Shown: positions 1 to 7,276 of the stretch, one piece after another
How positions within the stretch are numbered: the stretch's first letter is position 1
How the letters are laid out: every line of letters begins with the position of its first letter
Source of the DNA: a virus
Virus record (IMG/VR): IMGVR_UViG_3300010939_000031
Reading direction: 5' to 3' (one strand)
Length of the DNA stretch: 39,688 nt
Notes under the pieces: model-generated
The model's input: only the letters and a program-made list of their open reading frames with translations
Databases searched by the model: none
Told to the model about the DNA's origin: nothing
Translations under genes and position numbers: made by a program

Positions 1-105
1 AAGTGGGTCGTCCGGTGCAAGGCTAATGGCAAATTTCTTTATTTTGGCAGTTTCAACACCATCGAAGCCGCGTCTGCAGTGTATCAAGAATTTGCAAAAA
101 AGCAT
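1..105. repeat. Terminal overlap: nt 1-105 are identical to nt 39584-39688 (circular closure of the contig)
   Basis: Base-by-base comparison of both ends (aagtgggtcgtccggtgcaaggc...gcaaaaaagcat). The reading frame of the 39203 ORF continues without interruption into nt 1-141. Confidence 0.95.
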
Positions 106-141
106 CACGGTGAGTTTTATAACGGGGGTGCACATTGTTAA
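1..141 (+). CDS. HNH/AP2-domain homing-endonuclease-like protein, C-terminal end (continuation of 39203..39688 across the circular junction)
   Basis: Frame 1 reads KWVVRCKANGKFLYFGSFNTIEAASAVYQEFAKKHHGEFYNGGAHC*, an AP2-type motif (KW.A.I...GK...LG.F.T.EEAA.AY). Stop TAA at 139-141. Confidence 0.75.
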   Translation, partial: KWVVRCKANGKFLYFGSFNTIEAASAVYQEFAKKHHGEFYNGGAHC

Positions 142-548
142 TCGACGATATTGCTGGATCAGCTCTTTACTACCCGATGCGCAACTGGGCGCGATGGGCC
201 GCAACAGCCAATAATCCCGGTATAGGCTATCCACGATCATCCCCCACCTGTAGGGAGTACCGGGAACCGGCAGGGGATACGTGGGATACGCCGATATCGG
301 GGATTGATGAAGATGAGGCCGAGAGGGTTGACGCTATTATTATGCGATTGCCAGCGGATTTAATTGTTGTGGTGCGCACCCATTATATTGATAATGGCAC
401 GACACCGCAAAAGATACGTAAATTAGACATGATGAAAAGTACATATTATGAGCGATTATGGTCAGCGAGGCGCATGATTTATGTGGCATTTGTAATAAAT
501 TCATCAAAGCCGCAAATAGATGTTGACATTCCGGAATTATTAGTTTAA
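135..548 (+). CDS. Late-gene antiterminator Q (phage 82 Q / QuuD-like)
   Basis: MRNWARWAATANN.., DEDEAERVDAIIMRL.., YYERLWSARRMI follow the pattern I recall for Q82 (LERWGAWAANN.., DDDAMIICGCMARL.., YIGKRLQKAEGII). It lies immediately upstream of a promoter plus terminator and the late genes. TTG start at 135; alternative ATG at 177. Confidence 0.6.
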   Translation: MLIDDIAGSALYYPMRNWARWAATANNPGIGYPRSSPTCREYREPAGDTWDTPISGIDEDEAERVDAIIMRLPADLIVVVRTHYIDNGTTPQKIRKLDMMKSTYYERLWSARRMIYVAFVINSSKPQIDVDIPELLV

Positions 549-561
549 ATTAGCGTATACT
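523..561 (+). promoter_or_regulatory. Candidate PR'-like late promoter with a -10-like repeat at the transcript start
   Basis: TTGACA 523-528, 17-nt spacer, TAAATT 546-551. A second -10-like hexamer TATACT at 556-561 overlaps the expected start site, as in sigma70-dependent pause sites used by Q proteins. Confidence 0.4.
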
Positions 562-583
562 TGTCCAGTATTGACGATCAACC

Positions 584-620
584 AAACCCGTAAGGCTCAC
601 CGCCAAGCGGGTTTTTTATT
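584..620 (+). terminator. Intrinsic terminator downstream of the late promoter (tR'-like)
   Basis: aaacccg(584-590)...cgggttt(608-614) stem with an inner ggc/gcc stem, followed by a T-run at 612-617. Confidence 0.7.
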
Positions 621-734
621 GCGGCCATCAATATTCTAAGGGCAGGACATGCCCGGCTCGCCTGCCAAGTGAACGGTTCTGTAATGCCGTCAGCAACAGG
701 AACTCACCGAAGCGACTCAAGCCTAGCTGCTTGA
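621..734 (+). pseudogene. 3'-terminal remnant of a tnpB (IS200/IS605 OrfB) gene, last 37 codons only
   Basis: The frame starting at 621 reads AAINILRAGHARLACQVNGSVMPSATGTHRSDSSLAA*. NAA.NIL..G is the RuvC-III tail motif of TnpB. There is no upstream coding continuation, and a right-end hairpin follows directly. Confidence 0.6.
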
Positions 735-743
735 GCGCCGTAG

Positions 744-777
744 GAATCGCCTTCCTTTAGGGAGGTGAGGATGTCAA
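744..777 (+). mobile_element. Orphan IS200/IS605-type right end (subterminal hairpin plus TCAA)
   Basis: GAAT-cgccttcc-TTTA-gggaggtg-aggatgTCAA. The 8-bp stem has two G.T pairs and a TTTA loop. TCAA ends exactly 10 nt after the hairpin foot, which is the IS608 right-end layout as I remember it. Confidence 0.55.
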
Positions 778-781
778 TGCC

Positions 782-1159
782 GTGGCTATTGCCAACATTG
801 CCGACAATGCCGCAACAGCGCCGTTGACTGATTTATATGTTTCGCTGCATACCGCTGATCCAGGCGAGGCAGGAACGCAGGCCACCAGTGAGACTGCGTA
901 CACAGGCTATGCGCGTGTAGCAGTAGCCCGATCAACTGCCGGATGGACAGTAACAAATAACAGCGTTAGCCCCGCCGCTAACGTGACATTTGGCGAATGC
1001 ACCGCAGCGCCAGGAACAGCGATCACACATTTCGCTGTAGGCGTCGCCTCAACGGGCACAACTAAAGTGCTGTACAAGGGCACTTTTACCCCTAACGTCA
1101 CTATGGCAGTGGGCGTTATTCCGATATTGAAGTCCACGTCCACGATCACCGAAGACTAG
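782..1159 (+). CDS. Hypothetical late protein (Thr/Ala/Gly-rich, beta-rich)
   Basis: GTG start 10 nt after GGAGGTGAGGA. 125-aa ORF; the antisense ORF looks like a shadow. No family recognised. Confidence 0.55.
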   Translation: MAIANIADNAATAPLTDLYVSLHTADPGEAGTQATSETAYTGYARVAVARSTAGWTVTNNSVSPAANVTFGECTAAPGTAITHFAVGVASTGTTKVLYKGTFTPNVTMAVGVIPILKSTSTITED

Positions 1160-1162
1160 GTT

Positions 1163-1450
1163 GTGGTAGTCGGCAACACCTACCTGTTCCGCCTAACGGC
1201 AACGAAAGACGGCACAGCGTGGGACATTACAGGCGCAACCGTAAAGCTTGGACTATCTACCCCTGCTGGTGTTGTGTCGGTCAAGACCGGGACCATCACC
1301 AATGCAGTTGGTGGCGTGGCTGAATACACATCTGTAGCAGGTGATTTGAGTGTAGCGGGTGTATGGGCACAATCATGGGAGATAACCCAAGGCGCTATCG
1401 TGCAGGAGTCTTCACCCGTATCGTTCGTCGTTGGTACCGGACTTATCTAG
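1163..1450 (+). CDS. Hypothetical protein, Ig-like/beta-sandwich character
   Basis: 95-aa ORF tightly packed between neighbours. Sequence has an alternating beta-strand pattern (TYLFRLTATKDGTAWDITGATVKL...). Confidence 0.5.
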   Translation: MVVGNTYLFRLTATKDGTAWDITGATVKLGLSTPAGVVSVKTGTITNAVGGVAEYTSVAGDLSVAGVWAQSWEITQGAIVQESSPVSFVVGTGLI

Positions 1451-1759
1451 TTGAGCAAACACAACAAGCTGTACAACACCAAAAAGTGGCGAGCACTCAG
1501 AGCTACACAGCTATCCGCATCCCCTCACTGCATACGGTGCGCCAAGCTAGGCCGCACTACCAAGGCCAATGTCGTAGATCACATAGTACGACACAACGGC
1601 AACACAGACCTATTCCACGATCCAGACAACCTACAGTCTCTTTGCGCTACATGCCATAATTCGCACAAGAAGAGGCTAGAAATGAGCGGTAAAGTGATTG
1701 GCTGTGACATTAATGGATTACCTCTTGACCCTAATCATCGCTGGAAACGGACTGTGTGA
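1451..1759 (+). CDS. HNH endonuclease (terminase-associated type)
   Basis: CIRC...VVDHIV.H.GN..LF.D.DNLQSLCATCHNSHK. Its position directly upstream of terS/terL matches HK97-like cos phages. Confidence 0.85.
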   Translation: MSKHNKLYNTKKWRALRATQLSASPHCIRCAKLGRTTKANVVDHIVRHNGNTDLFHDPDNLQSLCATCHNSHKKRLEMSGKVIGCDINGLPLDPNHRWKRTV

Positions 1760-1852
1760 AGGCAGGGAGGGGGGGAGTTAAAGTGTACAGCCTATTACGC
1801 AAAAGCGTGCGTGAAGTAAAATTTTCGGATTGTCAAGTTTTGGGTTAAATAA
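1760..1852. other. Candidate cos/packaging-site region
   Basis: 93-nt non-coding gap between HNH and terS with a G-run (ggcagggagggggggag). Assigned by position only. Confidence 0.25.
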
Positions 1853-2350
1853 ATGGCAGATAAAAATCATATACGTGGCACAGGTCGCCGCGGCCCTGCC
1901 CGCACGCCTAGCCATTTGAAAATTGTATCAGGCACAGACCGCGCAGACCGCTCCACTACTGGCATTTTTAAATTGACCGACAATACTGATCCTGTTTGTC
2001 CGGCGCACCTTAACGCCGGTGAGATTGCGGACTGGAATGAAGCTATAGAACTACTGCGCCCGATGGGGATTTTGTCGTCTACTGATGCATCTGTACTGAC
2101 GGCCTACTGTATTTCAAAAAACCTTGTAAGGGAAGCGTCAGAAGAGATTTCGGCTAGTGGTTTGTTTTCCGCGTCGTCAGCTGGGGTAGCGACTGCGCAC
2201 CCCGCCGTAGCCGTCAGGAGGCAGGCAATGACGGATATGGTTAGCTATGCCATACAAATGGGGATGACACCAGCGGCACGGCTCAGGCTCAACGCTGAAT
2301 CTTCAAAGAAAAAAGCCAATCCCTTTGACGCACTGAAAAACAGTGGGTGA
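1853..2350 (+). CDS. terS: Terminase small subunit (P27 family-like)
   Basis: P.HL...E...W......L...G.L...D...L..YC pattern, C-terminal FG(M)TPAAR.RL, and position before terL. Confidence 0.75.
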   Translation: MADKNHIRGTGRRGPARTPSHLKIVSGTDRADRSTTGIFKLTDNTDPVCPAHLNAGEIADWNEAIELLRPMGILSSTDASVLTAYCISKNLVREASEEISASGLFSASSAGVATAHPAVAVRRQAMTDMVSYAIQMGMTPAARLRLNAESSKKKANPFDALKNSG

Positions 2351-5105
2351 TTACGCCGCCCGTGCGATCGAATACGCTGAACACGCGGTTGACAAGAAAA
2401 ACAAGGGCAGTTACGGCAAGTGGACAATATTAGCCGCTAAACGCTTCCTTGGCGACTTAAAGAGGGCGAAAGCAAAAAACCCGCCGTTTTACTTTTCAGT
2501 GGCACAGGCGAACCGTGCGTGCGCTTTCATAGAGCAGTTACCCCATGTTGAAGGTGTGTGGGATACACCTACAATCGTTCTGCACGACTCAGATATATTT
2601 TTCATCTGCCAGTTGTTCGGCTTTCGGAAAGAGGACGGAACGCGGCGGTTCACTACGGCGCTTAAGGCCATCGCTAGGAAAAACGCAAAAGCGCTCGCTC
2701 TTGATACGCCGGTTGCAACGCCGGGCGGCTGGTCGACGATGGGTGATCTGGCGCTGGGCGACACGGTGTTCGGCGCTGACGGCCAGCCGTGCCGGGTGAC
2801 TGCAACAAGCCCAGTCTATATCGACCACGAATGCTACCGGCTCACATTCAGCAACGGCGAGGAAGTAATCGCTGATGCTGGACATCTTTGGATTACGACG
2901 GCGCGAGTGGATAAGCCGAACGGAAAGCCAGCGGGGAACAAGCAGACTCGGACGCGAGTACGCACCACGCAGGAGATCGTGGACACTCTACAGCACGGCT
3001 CACGTCGTGACACGAATCACTCCATCGCCATGCCTGCGCCGCTGGACTGTGCCGAGGCCGTCCTTCCAGTCGCTCCGTACACGTTAGGCGCTTGGCTGGG
3101 TGACGGCCACTCCGCAGGAGCCAGGCTGACATGCGACCGAAATGATATAGAAATTTTTGACGGAATCCGCATAGATGGATGGCCGGTGCGGGAGATGAGC
3201 CGGTCATCCGGCAAGGCTTCGCTATTCTCCCTGTCAAACGGAGACCGCAGCAGGGCGGTGCGTGACCTCTCGCTTATGTCGGCGCTTCGCAGGATGGGAG
3301 TACTCAACGACAAGCACATTCCAGCAGAATACCTTCGGGCATCGCTGAATCAGCGGCTTGCACTTTTACAGGGGTTGATGGATACAGACGGCACCGTTTC
3401 CAAAAACGGGCGGGTCATTTCCTTTACCGGCGTCAACGAACGGCTTGTGTGTGGTGTAGCTGAGCTTTTGGCAAGCATGGGCGTCAAATATTCGTGGCGT
3501 CGTGATCCGCTGGTATGCAACGGTAGACCGGTGCCCGGTGTTGGGCATAAGTTGCAATTTATGGCTTTTCGCGACGAGCTACCTGTTTTCAGGCTTCGCA
3601 GAAAGCTGGACAGAATGCTGCTCCGATCTGATTGCAATATTGCTTCACGGTCGCGCACGGTGCAGGTCGTGGCAGCCGAGCGGGTTCAGTCCGTACCAGT
3701 GCGATGCATTACGGTGGATTCGCCTAATCACCTATTCTTGTGCGGCAAAACGATGTTGCCGACGCACAACAGCACCATCGCCGCAGGAATTGCACTTTAC
3801 TGCCAAACCATGGAGCACGAAGTGGGGCCGCAGATCATCGCCGCCGCCACGACCGGCGATCAGGCGCGAATCGTTTTTAAAATCGCCAAACGCATGGTGG
3901 AAAAAACCCCCGATCTTCGGGAGGCGTTCGGCCTTGAGGCATTCGCTAATGCAATAGCCAGCTTTAACAACGGCGGCACATTCAAGGCCATTTCAGCCAA
4001 AGCCAGCACTCAAGACGGCTTAAACCCCTCCTGTCTCATCCTTGATGAGATTCACGCGCACAAAAATAGCGAACTACTCGACGTATTGAGGTCGGCGGCT
4101 GGCGCCAGACGTAACCCATTATTTCTCTATGCCACTACCGAGGGTTACGAATCACCCGGCCCGTGGCATGAGTTGCGTGACATGGCTAAGAAAGTGCTGT
4201 CCGGCAAGTTGGTGGCCGATCACTTCCTTGCCGTCTACTACGCAATAGACGATGACGACGACGACTTCGACGAATCTTGCTGGATAAAAGCAAATCCGTT
4301 GATGGACGTTAATCCCATCTTGCTTACCGAGTTGCGCAAAGAAGCCATTGAAGCCAAGGCCATGCCGGGCAAGATGGCTGAGTTCCGAATCAAACGCCTT
4401 AACCGTCAGAGTGCAACCGCGCAAGGCTGGATTAACTTTGACAAGTGGAAGAAGTGCGCCAAGAAAGTTGACCTGGAATATCTCAAGCAATTTCCTTGCT
4501 ACGGCGGTCTTGATCTTGCGAGCACTTCTGATCTTTGTTCGTTCCGCTTGGTTTGGTATGTCGATGGCGTCTATTACACATGGGGCAGGCGCTGGGTTCC
4601 TGAGACGGCTGTAGCGACGCGAACGACGCGAGGTAGCGTTCCTTACCAGTCATGGGTTGAGTCGGGCTACATAGAGCAAACCAAGGGCGAGATTACAGAT
4701 TACGGTGTAGTGGCGGCGGCGATTATTGAGGCGTGTGAGCGTTTCAATGTTCAGGGCATCGGTTACGACCAATGGAACGCCGCGCAACTTGTAGCAAAGC
4801 TAGAAGCTGAAAATATTCCAATGCAGATTTTCATCCAAGGGCCAAAAAGCTACCACCCTGCTATGCAGGAATTTGAACGTGCTTATGTGTCGGGTAACTT
4901 TCATTACGGCCACGACCCGGTATTGACGTGGAACGCATCAAACCTTGTAACAAGGACAGATCAAAACATGAATACCGCACCGGACAAGAAAAAATCGTCA
5001 GACAAAATTGATGACATGGTAGCACTGCTTATGGCGTTCGGCGTGGTAAATCAAACGCGAGACACAAACATAGATGATTTTATTAATAACCCGGTTATCT
5101 GCTGA
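2343..5105 (+). CDS. terL: Terminase large subunit, interrupted by an in-frame intein
   Basis: The Walker A motif is split: ..AIARKNAK | intein | STIAAGIALY.., giving RKNAKST after splicing. The C-terminal half has a DEIH Walker B motif and a nuclease domain. Mature length is 560 aa. Confidence 0.9.
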   Translation: MGDYAARAIEYAEHAVDKKNKGSYGKWTILAAKRFLGDLKRAKAKNPPFYFSVAQANRACAFIEQLPHVEGVWDTPTIVLHDSDIFFICQLFGFRKEDGTRRFTTALKAIARKNAKALALDTPVATPGGWSTMGDLALGDTVFGADGQPCRVTATSPVYIDHECYRLTFSNGEEVIADAGHLWITTARVDKPNGKPAGNKQTRTRVRTTQEIVDTLQHGSRRDTNHSIAMPAPLDCAEAVLPVAPYTLGAWLGDGHSAGARLTCDRNDIEIFDGIRIDGWPVREMSRSSGKASLFSLSNGDRSRAVRDLSLMSALRRMGVLNDKHIPAEYLRASLNQRLALLQGLMDTDGTVSKNGRVISFTGVNERLVCGVAELLASMGVKYSWRRDPLVCNGRPVPGVGHKLQFMAFRDELPVFRLRRKLDRMLLRSDCNIASRSRTVQVVAAERVQSVPVRCITVDSPNHLFLCGKTMLPTHNSTIAAGIALYCQTMEHEVGPQIIAAATTGDQARIVFKIAKRMVEKTPDLREAFGLEAFANAIASFNNGGTFKAISAKASTQDGLNPSCLILDEIHAHKNSELLDVLRSAAGARRNPLFLYATTEGYESPGPWHELRDMAKKVLSGKLVADHFLAVYYAIDDDDDDFDESCWIKANPLMDVNPILLTELRKEAIEAKAMPGKMAEFRIKRLNRQSATAQGWINFDKWKKCAKKVDLEYLKQFPCYGGLDLASTSDLCSFRLVWYVDGVYYTWGRRWVPETAVATRTTRGSVPYQSWVESGYIEQTKGEITDYGVVAAAIIEACERFNVQGIGYDQWNAAQLVAKLEAENIPMQIFIQGPKSYHPAMQEFERAYVSGNFHYGHDPVLTWNASNLVTRTDQNMNTAPDKKKSSDKIDDMVALLMAFGVVNQTRDTNIDDFINNPVIC
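2691..3770 (+). mobile_element. Intein (360 aa) with a LAGLIDADG homing-endonuclease domain, class-3-like
   Basis: Starts ALALDTPV (block A with Ala1) and ends ..LPTHN followed by +1 Ser. Block B reads DAGHLW (Trp at B:12), block F RCITVDSPNHLF (Cys), block G T-H-N, giving the WCT triplet. Two LAGLIDADG motifs: LGAWLGDGHS and LLQGLMDTDGT. Confidence 0.8.
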
Positions 5106-6331
5106 TGTTTAACCCCTTCTCGCGATGGTTCGGGCGTGGCGGCGCAATGAGCGAGACTCAAGGCCAGCAGAACGCCGTGCCGTCTGTCGCGCTCGTTTCC
5201 GACTCAGGCAATATTGGGCCAGATGGCGCACTGCAAATATCTACGGTATGGGCGTGCATTGACCGCCGCGCCACCACGATAGCCAGCTTGCCATTTTTTG
5301 CCTATGAGCAAGTGAACGGGCAGAAAACACTTGCCCGTGCCAGCCGTCTGTATTCTCTGCTACATGAAAGCCCTAACTCTAGGATGACGCCGCTGGAATT
5401 TTGGCGTGCCATGGTCATGAATCACGACCTTCGTGGAAACGCTTACGCACGCATAGAGCGCGACAACAGCGGTGAAGCTATTGCCATGTGGCCTATGCCA
5501 GCCGATCAAGTCACGGCCACGGTGCTGCCTGACGGCTCGATGGTCTACGCGTACCAGATCGGGTCTGATGTGGCTGTTTTTGATGAATCGAATGTCCTGC
5601 ATCTTAAAAATCTAGGCAATGGCACGACCGGCATGGCAAAGCTGGAATTTATGCGAGCAACCACCGACGAAGCGGCCAAGGCGCAATCAGCGGCAAGCAA
5701 GATTTTCGGCGCAGGGGGTAAACCCACCGGCGTGCTGATGGTCGATAAAGTGTTGAACCCAGAGCAGCGCAAGGCGCTTCTTGCTTCGTTTGCTGGGATG
5801 TCAGAGGGCAACACGTCCCGGTTGTACCTTCTCGAAGCCAGCATGAAATACGAACAACTTTCCATGACACCGGAAGATCAGCAGCTTCTCGCTACACGGA
5901 TGTACGGCGTCGAGGAACTATGTAGATTTTTAGATGTGCCGCCCGTAATGATAGGGCACTCTAATGTTACCGCGTGGGGCAGCGGGATCGAACAAATAGT
6001 AGATGGCTGGCACAAGTTAAGTCTTCGCCCAATGCTTGTAAACATCGAGCAGGCTGTGCGCAAACGCGTGATGACGCCAAGACAACGGGCAACGATGTCG
6101 GTTGAGTTTTCTGTTGATGCCCTGTTACGTGGGAACTTGAAGGATCGCATGGAAATTTATGCGAAGGCTACGCAGAACGGTATTTATGATCGAAATGAGT
6201 GCCGCCAGCTTGAAAACCTGCCGCCGCGAGATGGTGCGAATGAGCTTACCGCACAATCCAACCTCATTCCATTGTCAGCGATGGGTAAACAGATCGCCAG
6301 CGGCGGGGATGGCGGCACGTTGGCGCAGTAA
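5105..6331 (+). CDS. Portal protein (HK97 family)
   Basis: 408 aa with TGATG overlap with terL and a typical portal pattern (ISTVWACIDRRATTIASLPF..., PEDQQLL). Position between terL and protease. Confidence 0.9.
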   Translation: MFNPFSRWFGRGGAMSETQGQQNAVPSVALVSDSGNIGPDGALQISTVWACIDRRATTIASLPFFAYEQVNGQKTLARASRLYSLLHESPNSRMTPLEFWRAMVMNHDLRGNAYARIERDNSGEAIAMWPMPADQVTATVLPDGSMVYAYQIGSDVAVFDESNVLHLKNLGNGTTGMAKLEFMRATTDEAAKAQSAASKIFGAGGKPTGVLMVDKVLNPEQRKALLASFAGMSEGNTSRLYLLEASMKYEQLSMTPEDQQLLATRMYGVEELCRFLDVPPVMIGHSNVTAWGSGIEQIVDGWHKLSLRPMLVNIEQAVRKRVMTPRQRATMSVEFSVDALLRGNLKDRMEIYAKATQNGIYDRNECRQLENLPPRDGANELTAQSNLIPLSAMGKQIASGGDGGTLAQ

Positions 6332-7099
6332 TCTATTCGCCCTCTTGGTTGACTCAACTTTTGCGTAATGCTCCGGCGTCCTTTTCTTCGCTGCTGCTGA
6401 CATCCTTGCTCTTGATTCGTCGCTTATGTTTTTGCTTGGGAGGCCAAGCGATAGCTTGAGCAGGCGGTTTTTCGCTTGGGTTGCAGTTCTTTTGGCAATA
6501 CTTTCATGGTTGAGCTTTCGCCCTGTAAGAGATTTAGAGATCAACGCCCGCGCTTCTGCACTTATGACGCGACCGCTTTGGGCGAGAGACATTTTCGCTC
6601 TCGATTCTTTTGTATGTGATTTCCCGGTGTGGGAAATTGATAGCCGCTGACGCATTTCATCAGTAAAAACTCGGATGGCGTTAGCGGCGCTGATTTTTGC
6701 CTTGGCTTCTTCTGTCCAAGTTTGTTTTGAGCTTGCAAGTGAGAGTTTTGCTCTTGTCTCAGCGCTAATGTTTAGTTTTGAGATCGCGATCTTCTTGCAA
6801 GATTCGTCGCTCAACTTATATGCGCCGCCACCTGATGTGAGGTTGAAGCCGTGCGGCGATATGCAATTGTGGATTTCGATCCATTTTGATTCAGCTTGGT
6901 TGAGTTCGTCGCGGTCGCAAAGCTCAAGAATTGATGTAGAGAACGCTTTCCACCCGTGTTTTGCAATGGTTTGGCCTAAGCGCATCTTGCATTTGCCCTT
7001 TGCGTGCTGCGACCAGCGCAACTTTATATCAACGCTCTGGCCGACATATTTCCGACCTGTTGCTGTGTGCGTGATCAGGTAGATGCCGCACAGTTTCAC
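6275..7099 (-). CDS. GIY-YIG homing endonuclease with NUMOD3-like repeats
   Basis: N-terminus CGIYLITH..GRKYVGQS..RWSQH. About six S/T-x-E-x-R-A-K-x-S repeats. Opposite strand to all flanking structural genes. GTG start overlaps the stop of the upstream RHH ORF. Confidence 0.85.
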   Translation of the reverse strand: MKLCGIYLITHTATGRKYVGQSVDIKLRWSQHAKGKCKMRLGQTIAKHGWKAFSTSILELCDRDELNQAESKWIEIHNCISPHGFNLTSGGGAYKLSDESCKKIAISKLNISAETRAKLSLASSKQTWTEEAKAKISAANAIRVFTDEMRQRLSISHTGKSHTKESRAKMSLAQSGRVISAEARALISKSLTGRKLNHESIAKRTATQAKNRLLKLSLGLPSKNISDESRARMSAAAKKRTPEHYAKVESTKRANRLLRQRAAIPAAGDLFTHR

Positions 7100-7230
7100 T
7101 TTCCGGCCTTTTTTAAGTAAGCGTCAATGGCACGCCGGATGATTTCGGCAACCGATAGGCCAGTTTTCTCTGACTCACTGGCAAGGCGCTTAAGCATCGG
7201 CTCCGGGAAAAACAGACTAGTTCGTTTCAT
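7096..7230 (-). CDS. Ribbon-helix-helix (CopG/Arc-like) protein, 44 aa
   Basis: Own translation: MKRTSLFFPEPMLKRLASESEKTGLSVAEIIRRAIDAYLKKAGK*. Beta-strand followed by two helices. Below the 60-aa ORF-track cutoff. Confidence 0.55.
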   Translation of the reverse strand: MKRTSLFFPEPMLKRLASESEKTGLSVAEIIRRAIDAYLKKAGK

Positions 7231-7236
7231 GCGCAG

Positions 7237-7265
7237 ATTATATATCAATTAGGCATACATCGCAA
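7237..7265 (-). promoter_or_regulatory. Promoter of the RHH/GIY-YIG cassette (predicts a leaderless mRNA)
   Basis: Minus strand: TTGCGA (7265-7260), 17 nt, TATAAT (7242-7237), 6 nt, ATG (7230). No Shine-Dalgarno sequence. Confidence 0.45.
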
Positions 7266-7276
7266 GGAATAACCCA

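Noticed and set aside
782-1159. Diversity-generating retroelement target (variable Thr/Ala/Asn-rich protein), with the tail-fibre C-termini also considered
   Set aside because: No reverse transcriptase gene and no template-repeat copy of any of these regions was found in the window.
7096-7230. RHH protein as the antitoxin of a toxin-antitoxin pair
   Set aside because: The downstream partner is a clear GIY-YIG/NUMOD3 homing-endonuclease-type protein rather than a known toxin family. A regulator-plus-endonuclease reading is more economical. It is kept only as a remote alternative.
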